A DNA stretch of 64,000 nt. It comes from an uncultured Actinomycetes bacterium. GTDB taxonomy: Bacteria; Actinomycetota; Thermoleophilia; UBA2241. Every line of letters begins with the position of its first letter. Position 1 is the first letter of the stretch. The stretch spans positions 704,001 through 768,000 of the forward strand of contig CAVPVX010000007.1 in assembly GCA_963709345.1 (NCBI GenBank). Direction: 5' to 3'. A model generated the notes under the pieces. The model was not told where the DNA came from and searched no databases. It saw only the letters and a program-made list of their open reading frames with translations. The position numbers were made by a program, and so were the translations under genes. This document shows positions 18,556 to 28,350 of the stretch, piece after piece.

Positions 18556-19848
18556 TCAGGCCTCCGCCGCGATGAACCACTCGCACGCCGCCGCGGCGGC
18601 GTGCTCGAGGTCGGCATCGGTGAGCGCCAGCGAGATCATCGCCGCCTCGAACTGCGACGGGGCGAGGTAGACGCCGCGCTCGAGCATGTGACGCCAGTAG
18701 GAGGCGAAGGCCGCGGTGTCGGCGGCCTTCGCCTCGGCGAAGCTGCGCACCGGCCCTTCACAGAAGAACACGGTGAGCATCGGGCCGACGCGGTTGATGG
18801 TCACCGCGCGGCCGGCGGCCTCCGCCGCGGTGCGCAGACCGTCGACGGCCCGGGCGGCGAGCGCCTCGAGGCGCTCGTAGGTGTTCGGTTCGCCGAGCAC
18901 GCGCAGCGTGGCGGCTCCGGCCGCCATCGCCAAAGGGTTCCCCGAGAGAGTGCCCGCCTGGTAGGTGGAGCCGAGCGGCGCGACCGTCTCCATGATCTCA
19001 CGGCGGCCGCCGAAGGCGCCAACCGGGAGACCGCCGCCGATGATCTTGCCGAGTGTCGTGAGGTCGGGGGTCACGCCGAAGCGCTCCTGGGCGCCACCCC
19101 AGGCGACGCGAAAGCCGGTGATGACCTCGTCGAAGACGAGCACGGCCCCGTACTCGGTGCAGAGATCGCGGCAGGCCTCCAGGAAGCCCGGCTCCGGCGG
19201 CACCACGCCCATGTTGCCGGCCACCGGCTCCACGATGAGAGCGGCGATCTCCTCGCCGCGCGCCGCGAACAGGTCCGTGAGCGCGGCGACGTCGTTGTAC
19301 TCCACGAGCAGCGTATCGGCGGTCGTGCTCCTCGTGACTCCCGGGCTGTCGGGCAGCGCCAGCGTGAGCGCCCCGCTGCCGGCGGCGGCCAGGAACCCGT
19401 CGGAGTGCCCGTGGTAGCAGCCGATGAACTTGACGATCTTCTCGCGGCCGGTGAAGCCGCGGGCGACGCGCACGGCGCTCATCGTCGCCTCGGTCCCGGA
19501 GTTGACCATGCGCACGAGCTCGACGGAGGGCACCGCCTCGCAGATGAGGCGTGCCAGCTCGACCTCCAGCTCCGTGGGCGCGCCGTAGCTGGTGCCACGG
19601 TCCACCTGCTCCTTGAGCCGGCCGACCACCTCGGGGTGCCCCCAGCCGAGGATCATCGGACCCCACGACGAGACGAAGTCGACGAACTCGTTGCCGTCGG
19701 CGTCCCAGATGTGCGCGCCCTCGGCCCGGGCCATGAAGAGAGGGTGCGGCACGCCGACGCCCTTCATGGCGCGGACCGGCGAGTTGACCCCGCCCGGGAT
19801 GTAGAGCTGCGCCTCGGCAAAGAGACGAGCGGAGGTTTCGGTGTTCAC
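18556..19848 (-). CDS. hemL: Glutamate-1-semialdehyde 2,1-aminomutase
   Basis: IPGGVNSPVRA, VNSGTEATMSA, FDEVITGFR, GKIIGGGLP and APSQFEA. Confidence 0.97.
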   Translation of the reverse strand: MNTETSARLFAEAQLYIPGGVNSPVRAMKGVGVPHPLFMARAEGAHIWDADGNEFVDFVSSWGPMILGWGHPEVVGRLKEQVDRGTSYGAPTELEVELARLICEAVPSVELVRMVNSGTEATMSAVRVARGFTGREKIVKFIGCYHGHSDGFLAAAGSGALTLALPDSPGVTRSTTADTLLVEYNDVAALTDLFAARGEEIAALIVEPVAGNMGVVPPEPGFLEACRDLCTEYGAVLVFDEVITGFRVAWGGAQERFGVTPDLTTLGKIIGGGLPVGAFGGRREIMETVAPLGSTYQAGTLSGNPLAMAAGAATLRVLGEPNTYERLEALAARAVDGLRTAAEAAGRAVTINRVGPMLTVFFCEGPVRSFAEAKAADTAAFASYWRHMLERGVYLAPSQFEAAMISLALTDADLEHAAAAACEWFIAAEA

Positions 19849-19961
19849 TCGGGTCCTCCCTGAGCGTGAGAAAGCCTGTGCGAGACTGTGGACTATACTA
19901 CGTGCCTCGGGGCTGCCTGTGCCTCGGGGCACAATGTACCCGATATTCGCGAGGGGGCAGC

Positions 19962-20402
19962 ATGACCGTGACGATTCGCCACGCCGGTCCCGGCGACGAG
20001 CCCGCCGTCGTCGATCTGGTCCAGGAGATGGCCGTCGCCGAAGACTACCCGACGACGGTCGACGAGCACTACGTGCGCCACTTTCTCGCGTCGCCGGTCA
20101 GCGGCGTGCTGCTGGCCCTCGACGACGGCGCGCCCGTCGGTCTGCTCAGCTACGCCGTAGTGCCGGAGCTCTTCCACGCGGCCGACTCCGCCCTCATCGA
20201 GACGCTCATCGTGACGGAGGGCCGGCGAGGCGAGGGCATCGGGCGGCAGCTCGTCGAGACGGCGGTCCGCCTTTTCCGCGAGGCCGGTTGCGCCGAGGCC
20301 TCGGTGAGCACCGGCGCCGACAACGCGGTCGCCCAGAAGCTGTACTGCGATGCAGGGCTGACGGAGGCGTCGGTGCTCCTGGAGGCTCATTTCAGAGACT
20401 GA
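19962..20402 (+). CDS. GNAT family N-acetyltransferase
   Basis: LIVTEGRRGEGIGRQL and NAVAQKLY; GGGGG RBS before ATG. Confidence 0.85.
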   Translation: MTVTIRHAGPGDEPAVVDLVQEMAVAEDYPTTVDEHYVRHFLASPVSGVLLALDDGAPVGLLSYAVVPELFHAADSALIETLIVTEGRRGEGIGRQLVETAVRLFREAGCAEASVSTGADNAVAQKLYCDAGLTEASVLLEAHFRD

Positions 20403-20410
20403 CTGCACCA

Positions 20411-20452
20411 AGTCTTACCCTCGACTCGAACGTTAGACTTATCGAGCAAGGC
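20411..20452. promoter_or_regulatory. Imperfect 29-bp palindrome, putative transcription-factor operator (copy 1)
   Basis: AGTCTTACCCTCGACTCGAACGTTAGACT followed by TATC..CAAGGC; similar to 33916-33958. Confidence 0.4.
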
Positions 20453-20501
20453 ATCCGGTCTTTCCGCTCGTGGCCGGACCTGAAGGCGCCGGAGGGCGCG
20501 G

Positions 20502-21638
20502 TCAGCCGCTCGCCGGCGCACACCAGCCCTTGGGCACGTAGGCGCAGTAGGGCTCCTCGGCCATGTAGTCGCCGGTCGCCTCGTAGGCCCGCGCGCGGCA
20601 GCCGCCGCAGACCTTCTTGTACTCGCACACGCCGCACTTGCCCTTGAGCCCGTCGAAGTCGCGCAGCTCGTTGAAGAGCGGCGAGTCGCGCCAGACCTCG
20701 GGGAACGGCTGCTCGAGCACGTTGCCGGCGACCTTGTCGAAGTAGCCGCAGCCCTGCACGTCGCCGACGTGGCTGATGAAGCAGAAGCCGATGCCGGCGA
20801 GGCAGCCGCGGCTGAGCGTGTTCATGCCGCCATGACTGTGCGGGTGCACCTCGATCTTGCGGCCCTGCGCCTTGGCGCGCTGGCGCATGACGCGCCAGTA
20901 GTGCGGCACGTCGGTCGGCTTCATGAACAGATCGCTCTCCTGCTGCGCGTCATACATCCACTCGAGCGCGCGCTCGTACTCCTCCGGCGGCAGCTCCTGC
21001 TCCTCGAGCTCCTTGCCGCGTCCGGTGGGCACCAGCATGAACGGGTGGAAGCTGACGGCGCCGAGGTCGTCGGCGAGTTGCAGGAGGGCCGGAAGGTGGT
21101 GCACGTTCAGTTTCGTGATCGTCGAGTTGATCTGCACCTCTACGCCGGCGTCGAGACACGTGCGCACTCCGCGCACGGCGCCGTCGAAGGCGCCGGGGAC
21201 GCCGCGGAACTCGTCGTGCTCCGCGCCGTTCGGGAAGTCGATCGAGATGCTGACGCGGGCGATGCCGACGTCGTGCATGCGCCGCGCGACCTCGGGAGTG
21301 ATCAGGGTCCCGTTCGGCGACATCACCGTGCGCAGGCCCTTGCCGACGGCACGCTCGGCGATGTCGAAGACGTCGGGGCGCATGAGCGGGTCGCCGCCGG
21401 TGAGGATCAGGATGGGGTTCGCGAACGAGGCGATCTGGTCGACCAGCGTGAAGGCCTGTTCGGTGGTGAGCTCGCCGGGGTACGGCCCGTGCACGGCGCT
21501 GGCGCGGCAGTGTTTGCAGGCGAGGTTGCAGCTGCGCGTGACCTCCCAGGCGATGACGCGCGGGGGCGCGCCGCCGCCCCCGGCGTCGCCGGGCTGCAGA
21601 TCCGCGCCGTGAGGGTTTTCAGCATGTGGATGGTGCAA
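20502..21638 (-). CDS. ahbD: Heme b synthase (radical SAM/SPASM, siroheme-dependent route)
   Basis: IAWEVTRSCNLACKHCRASA, FMLVPTGRG, PHYWR, GCLAGIGFCFISH and CGGCRARA. Confidence 0.85.
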   Translation of the reverse strand: MHHPHAENPHGADLQPGDAGGGGAPPRVIAWEVTRSCNLACKHCRASAVHGPYPGELTTEQAFTLVDQIASFANPILILTGGDPLMRPDVFDIAERAVGKGLRTVMSPNGTLITPEVARRMHDVGIARVSISIDFPNGAEHDEFRGVPGAFDGAVRGVRTCLDAGVEVQINSTITKLNVHHLPALLQLADDLGAVSFHPFMLVPTGRGKELEEQELPPEEYERALEWMYDAQQESDLFMKPTDVPHYWRVMRQRAKAQGRKIEVHPHSHGGMNTLSRGCLAGIGFCFISHVGDVQGCGYFDKVAGNVLEQPFPEVWRDSPLFNELRDFDGLKGKCGVCEYKKVCGGCRARAYEATGDYMAEEPYCAYVPKGWCAPASG

Positions 21639-21749
21639 ACCGGACTCAGTGTGCCAGAGACGTCGGGGCGGCGCAACGCGTGCCTGCCGCTCCGCCTTTC
21701 GCCCCGGCGGACCGGGCCGGACCTGCCGCTCGGCGTCCGGCCCGAGCGG

Positions 21750-22721
21750 TCACGCCAGCCAGACGGCGATGTCCTTGGCGTGGTAGGTGATGATGAGGTC
21801 CGCGCCGGCGCGCTTGATGCCGGTGACGGCCTCCATGACGGCGCGCTGCTCGTCGATCCAGCCGTTGGCCGCCGCCGCCTTGATCATCGAGTACTCGCCG
21901 CTGACGTTGTAGGCGGCGAGCGGGAACTTCGTCTCCTGCTTCACGGCGTGGATGACATCGAGGTACGGCAGCGCCGGCTTGACCATGACGATGTCGGCGC
22001 CTTCTTCGATATCGAGCAGCGCCTCGCGCACGGCCTCCTCGCCGTTGGCCGGGTCCATCTGGTAGGTCTTCCGGTCGCCGAACGCCGGCGCCGATTCGGC
22101 CGCCTCGCGGAACGGCCCGTAGAAGGCCGAGGCGAATTTGCTCGAGTACGACATGATGATCGTATCGGTGAGACCGTCGTCGTCGAGCGCGTTGCGGATC
22201 GCGGCTACGCGGCCGTCCATCATGTCGCTGGGCGCGACGATGTCGGCGCCGCTCTCGGCGTGGGTGATCGCCATCTTGGCGAGCAGCTCGAGCGTGACGT
22301 CGTTGACGATCTCGCCCTCCTGGATGACACCGCAGTGGCCGTGGTCCATGTACTCGCACAGGCAGACGTCGGTGATCACGACCAGATCGGGGAACTCGTC
22401 CTTGATGGCGCGCACCGCCATCTGGATCACACCCTCCGAGTCGTAGGCGCCGCTGGCGGCCGAGTCCTTGTGCGACGGGATGCCGAAGAGCAACACGGCG
22501 GGGATCCCAAGGCGGACGATCTCGCGCACCTCGGGCAGGAGGTTGCCGATCGAGAGCTGGAAGCAGCCGGGCATCGACGAGATCGGCGTCTTGAGATTCT
22601 CACCGGCGATCACGAACAGCGGGTAGATGAGGTCCTCGATGTGGAGCTTGGTCTCACGGACCATGGAGCGGATCGCCGGCGTGCGGCGCAGGCGCCTCAT
22701 GCGGTAGCTGGGGTAGTACAT
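21750..22721 (-). CDS. hemB: Porphobilinogen synthase
   Basis: [38 protein letters not shown] and AYNVSGEY. Confidence 0.97.
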   Translation of the reverse strand: MYYPSYRMRRLRRTPAIRSMVRETKLHIEDLIYPLFVIAGENLKTPISSMPGCFQLSIGNLLPEVREIVRLGIPAVLLFGIPSHKDSAASGAYDSEGVIQMAVRAIKDEFPDLVVITDVCLCEYMDHGHCGVIQEGEIVNDVTLELLAKMAITHAESGADIVAPSDMMDGRVAAIRNALDDDGLTDTIIMSYSSKFASAFYGPFREAAESAPAFGDRKTYQMDPANGEEAVREALLDIEEGADIVMVKPALPYLDVIHAVKQETKFPLAAYNVSGEYSMIKAAAANGWIDEQRAVMEAVTGIKRAGADLIITYHAKDIAVWLA

Positions 22722-22864
22722 GTGGAGGAGTCCTTTCTTCGTGCGGGCGCAAACGGGGCCCGCCTGCGCCCGCAATCTTCGCGCGCGCGGCCGGTGATGA
22801 CAAGCGTGGTACGGCGCGAAGCGGCGGACAGCGCGGCGGCGGCGCCCTGCGGGCCCGCCGCGCC

Positions 22865-24142
22865 TCAGCCCGCAGGCGACGCGGCCGCCAGCTCCAGCGC
22901 CGCGCGGACCACCCTGGTGACCGACTCGCGGTCGCGGAGATGGCAGGACAGCACGGGAATCGACGCGCCGAGTCCAAGCGCCCTCGCGATCTGTTTCGGC
23001 GTCAGCTCGTCGTCGGCCATCGAGACGTAGGTGGCGACGACGAAGGGGACGTCGCCCATGCTCTTGACGAAGCTCAGGTCCGCCTTCGTGGCGCGCAGGC
23101 TGTCGGCGTCGTTGGCGTTGGCGAGGATCACCCAGGCGGAGCTCTCGCCGGCGAGACGCCGCCACGCCTGCTCCGGGCAGGACGAGGCGGCGGTGAAGAC
23201 CAGCGCGTCACCGGCGGACGACCCTGCCCCGCGCTCGTCGCCGTTCTCGGCCGCGGGCAGCTGGCCGGCGACCACGGGAATCTCCATCTCTTTGTCGTCG
23301 ATGAGCTCCACGCGCAGCTGCTTGACGACGTTCGAGTCGGTGAGCGTGTTCAGGAAGACCTCGTTGTAGAGGTCGATCGGTCCGCGCACGGCCACGCTGA
23401 GCCCCTTGCCGATGCCCTCGATCACCGGTTCGCTCACGGTGATGAGCCCGCTCGAGTAGAGCCCGTGGATGACCTTGGCGCCGCGAAAGCGGTCGAGGCC
23501 GGAGTCGCGCAGGACGACGTTGATGTCGGCGCGCCCGTCGATGCGCACGACGACGCGCCACTCCTCGGCGGTCAGCCTGAGCTCGCCATCCTCCTCCACG
23601 CGGTCGCTGGTGGAGAGGTGCGGCACGCGCTCGAGCGAGCCGAGGTGCTCGAAGATGAGCGCCCACTCGTCGATGCGGCGGCAGCCCTCCATCACAACCG
23701 TCTCGACGCTCATCTCGACGAGGATGTCCTCCTGGGCGATGCTGTCGTCGACACCGAACTCGAACTCCCCGTCGGACCAGCTGAAGAAGTTGAAGGCGGC
23801 GTCCTGGATCTGCTCCCGCACCGCCTGCTCCAGCGTGGCGCGGTCGATGCGCCCCTTCTCGAGGAGGATCCCACCGATGCGTGCGCCCTCCCCGGCCTTC
23901 TTCTGCGCGGCGAGCGCCTGCTTGAGCTGGTCGCCGGTGATCGCACCCGCCTTGACGAGCCGCTCGCCGAGCGGCAGCTGCTGCGGCACCGAGAACGCGT
24001 AGCAGATCATCCCGTTGCGGAAGAAGATCTTGCCCCACTCGCCTTCCCGGCGGATGGTGAGCGAACCGCTCTTGGCGCTCATCTTCACGAGCTGGAAGAT
24101 GTTGGGGAGACTGAACTCCTGCAGGTTGCCCTGGAGCAGCAC
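22865..24142 (-). CDS. DUF4388 (PATAN-like) protein with MshEN-like helices and a degenerate small-GTPase-like C-terminal domain
   Basis: [51 protein letters not shown] and [10 protein letters not shown]. Confidence 0.8.
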   Translation of the reverse strand: MLLQGNLQEFSLPNIFQLVKMSAKSGSLTIRREGEWGKIFFRNGMICYAFSVPQQLPLGERLVKAGAITGDQLKQALAAQKKAGEGARIGGILLEKGRIDRATLEQAVREQIQDAAFNFFSWSDGEFEFGVDDSIAQEDILVEMSVETVVMEGCRRIDEWALIFEHLGSLERVPHLSTSDRVEEDGELRLTAEEWRVVVRIDGRADINVVLRDSGLDRFRGAKVIHGLYSSGLITVSEPVIEGIGKGLSVAVRGPIDLYNEVFLNTLTDSNVVKQLRVELIDDKEMEIPVVAGQLPAAENGDERGAGSSAGDALVFTAASSCPEQAWRRLAGESSAWVILANANDADSLRATKADLSFVKSMGDVPFVVATYVSMADDELTPKQIARALGLGASIPVLSCHLRDRESVTRVVRAALELAAASPAG

Positions 24143-24239
24143 GACACGCCTTTCGTGAGGGATGACCGCGGGCGCGCGTGGATCCGCGCACGGCGCGCGT
24201 CTCGTAACCTACATCGGCAACGGCACCGACGACTTGAGG

Positions 24240-25681
24240 CTACGTCGCGGCGTCGCCGGCGGGCGCCGGGCGGGCGCCGTCGGGGCCGCGCGGCGTCACG
24301 CCGGGATCGCGGGTGGGACCCTCGGGACCGCGGTGCGAGCCGCCGACCTCGACGGCTTCGCCGAGGGCGTCGCCCGCGGCCGGGCCGTCCGGCAGACACA
24401 CCGGCGCTTCGCAGCAGCCCCCGAGCAGGCGGCTGCGCCGCAGCGCGAGTGTGGCGCCGGCGGCGGTCGCAAGAGCGGCGACGCCGCCGACCGCGACCGC
24501 CCAGCGCACGCCAAACCCGCGCACCAGCAGCCCGGTGACCGGCCCGCCGATAGGCGTGCTGCCGAGGAAGACCATCGACCAGAGCGCCATCACGCGGCCG
24601 CGCATGGCGCCCTCCGCGTTGACCTGCAGCAGCGCGTTGGTCGTGCTGACGAACAGCACGCCGGCGCCGCCGAGCAGCACCAGCAGCGCAAGGGCGAAGT
24701 AGAACCCCGGCGCCACGGCAAGCGCTACCGTGACGACGCCGAACGCGAAGGTGCTGGCCATGAGCAGACCGACGAGAAGGCTGCCCTCGGCTCGCCATGA
24801 GCAGGGCGCCGGCGAGCGCCCCGACGCCCATGGCCGCGGAGAGCGCGCCGTAGGCGCCGCCGCCGCGGCCGAACACGTCCTTGGTGAGCAGCGGGAGGAT
24901 CACGGAGTAGTTGTAGGCGAGCGTGCTCACCACGGCCATCATGAGCAGCGGCACGCGCAGGGACGGCGTGCTCCACGCGTAGCGCAGCCCGGCGCGGACC
25001 TGGCCCGGCAGGCGGCGCACCGGCTTGCTGCCCTGCAGATCCCCCGTGCGCATCACCAGGAGCGCCACGATCACGGCGCCGAACGACACCGCGTTGATGA
25101 AGAAGCACGGCGACACCCCGACGCCGGCGATGAGCAGGCCGCCGATCGCCGGCCCGACGATGCGCGACGCGTTGATGATCACCGCGTTGAGCCCCACCGC
25201 GTTGGCGAGGTCGTCGGGGCCCACCATCTCGTAGACGAAGCTCTGGCGCGAGGGCATGTCCATGGCCACGGCGGCGCCCGTCAGGCCGGCGAGCACCCAG
25301 ATCATCCATACGGTAACGACGTCGGTGACCGTGAGCACGCCGAGGATGAGTGCAAAGACCGCCGCCACGGACTGAGTGACGATGAGCAGCTTGCGCTTGT
25401 CCACGCGGTCGGCGAGCACTCCGGCCCAGGCGCCGAGCACCAGCACCGGCCCGAACTGAAGACCGACGGTGATCCCGAGGTCGACGCCGCTGCCGGTGAG
25501 CTGGAGGACCAGCCATCCCTGGGCGACGGACTGCATCCAGGTGCCGCTCATCGACACCACCTGGCTGATGAAGAACAGCCGGTAGTTGTAGATGCGCAGG
25601 GAGCGGAAGGTGCGGCGCAGCAGAGCCGGGCCGTCGCTCCGCCGCGGCCGCCCCGGCGTCTGCCCGGCGCGTGTCGCTCAC
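24240..25681 (-). pseudogene. MFS transporter (DUF894/EntS-like), split by frameshifts
   Basis: FRSLRIYNYRLFFISQVVSMSGTWMQ in one frame; C-terminal MRGRVMALW..GSTPIGG in another (shift near 24770-24790); likely GTG start at 25681 is also out of frame. Confidence 0.75.
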
Positions 25682-25712
25682 CTGCCCGCAGGCGCCCGGG
25701 AGACCGGCATCG

Positions 25713-25961
25713 TCACCCGCGCCGGAGGTACACGAGGTCCGCGCGCGAGACGACCTTGATCCCCGTGCCGGACGCCGCCGCCGCCTTGCGCAACCCGAGG
25801 GCCAGCGCCTGCGGCTTGCGCCCCGGCATCTCGACCAGGACCGAGGGCAGTCCCGAGGCGACGAAGTCCGCGACCGCCTCGGCGTAGACGCCGGAGCCGC
25901 GGCCACGCCGCGGCGGCACCTCGGCGGGGACGAGCTTGTAGGGCTTCGCGGTGCGGGACAT
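25713..25961 (-). CDS. Small basic hypothetical protein (82 aa)
   Basis: GGAGG RBS before ATG; protein-like composition (MSRTAKPYKL..VYLRRG). Confidence 0.65.
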   Translation of the reverse strand: MSRTAKPYKLVPAEVPPRRGRGSGVYAEAVADFVASGLPSVLVEMPGRKPQALALGLRKAAAASGTGIKVVSRADLVYLRRG

Positions 25962-26118
25962 GGACGGCACCTCCAGTGGGCGTCTTCCGGCCGTCGCGCG
26001 GCCATGCGACGTGCCGGTTGAGTCTACGTCAGACCGCTTGCGGGAACAGCGTCGGGTGAGGAGACCTGCCGGGCGGGCGCGGCGGAGCGCCCGGCCCGCC
26101 CCACCGAAGGAGTCGCCG

Positions 26119-26502
26119 ATGACCCTCAAGAACGAGACGCTGGTTCCCCTCTTCGCCGAGGCGAAGGCGCTGCTGACGCCCTACGCGGAGGATTTCACGG
26201 CGCGCCGCGACGAGCCCGGGTACTACGACCTCTGGTCCGAGAAGGACGTCGTGGTCGCCGGGCGAAAGCGCAAGGATGTCTTCTTCGCCGGGCTCGCCAT
26301 CCGGAAGAGCTACGTCGGCTTCTACTTCATGCCGCTCTACGCCGACGAAGACCTGGCGAGCGTCTTCGGCCCCGAGTTGGTGGCAACGCTCAAGGGCAAG
26401 TCGTGCTTTCACATCAAGGTGCTGACGCCCGAGCTGAAGGAGCAGATCGCGGACGCACTCGCCGCGGGCTATCGCCTGTACGAGGAGCGCGACTGGGTGT
26501 GA
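26119..26502 (+). CDS. DUF1801-like protein
   Basis: AAGGAG RBS; [13 protein letters not shown] and KGKSCFHIK. Confidence 0.8.
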   Translation: MTLKNETLVPLFAEAKALLTPYAEDFTARRDEPGYYDLWSEKDVVVAGRKRKDVFFAGLAIRKSYVGFYFMPLYADEDLASVFGPELVATLKGKSCFHIKVLTPELKEQIADALAAGYRLYEERDWV

Positions 26503-26651
26503 CCGCGGCGCCGCGGACCGCTCACAGGGGGCTCCGGGCCCCGAACCCCGGCCTTGACGCGGCGGCGCCACCGACGAACGATGAGGCGGTGAACGCGAGC
26601 GCGGCGGCGGCGCAGCCGCTCCGCCGATGCAGGAGCCCGGAAGGGGACGCC

Positions 26652-27649
26652 ATGAAGAAGCTCATCAACCGGCCGGAGGACGTCGTCAGGGAGGAGCTCG
26701 CGGGCATCGCTCTGGCGCACGCCGGCAAGCTCCGCGTCCATACCGATCCGCACTACATCGTGCGCGCCGACGCGCCCGTGGGGGGCAAGGTGGCGATCGT
26801 CTCGGGAGGCGGCTCCGGACACGAGCCCATGCACGGCGGCTTCGTCGGGCCGGGCATGCTCGACGCCGCCTGCCCCGGCGAAGTGTTCACGTCACCGACG
26901 CCCGACCCCATCCTGGAGGCGACGAAGGCCGTCGACGGCGGCGCCGGCGTGCTCCACATCGTCAAGAACTACACCGGCGACGTCATGAACTTCGAGATGG
27001 CCGCCGAACTGGCTGTGGCTGAGGGGATCACCGTCGAGCAGGTCGTGGTGGACGACGACGTCGCCGTTCGGGACAGCCTGTACACGGCCGGGCGGCGCGG
27101 CGTCGGGGCGACGGTGCTGGCCGAGAGGATCTGCGGAGCGGCGGCCGAGGCGGGCCGGCCCCTCGCAGAAGTGGCCGGCCTCGCGCGCACCGTCAACGCG
27201 TCCGCGCGAAGCATGGGCGTGGCCCTCACGTCGTGCACCACGCCCATGGCCGGCAAGCCCACCTTTGAGCTCGGCGACGACGAGATCGAGTTCGGCGTCG
27301 GCATCCACGGCGAGCCGGGGCGCGAACGGCGCGCGCCGGCCCCGGCCCGCGACATCGTCGACGCGCTGGCCACGGCGATCGTCGACGATCTGCCGTTCGC
27401 GCGGGGGGACCACGTCCTGGCCTTCGTCAACGGCATGGGGGGCACGCCGCTCATGGAGTTGTACGTGGTGTTCAACGAACTGCACCGATTCCTCGAGGGG
27501 CGGGGTATCACGATCGCGCGCAGCCTCGTCGGCTCGTACATGACGGCGCTCGACATGGCCGGCTGCTCGCTCACGTTGCTGCGTCTCGACGACGAGCTCA
27601 CGGCGCTCTGGGACGCGCCGGTTGACACACCGGGGCTGCGGTGGGGCGC

Positions 27650-27653
<4 letters not shown>
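26652..27653 (+). CDS. dhaK: Dihydroxyacetone kinase subunit K
   Basis: [20 protein letters not shown] and GVGIHGEPG. Confidence 0.96.
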
Positions 27654-28348
<695 letters not shown>

Positions 28349-28350
28349 CC

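Noticed and set aside
19850-19960. Rex operator upstream of hemL-rex
   Set aside because: No match to TTGTGAA-N4-TTCACAA found by eye
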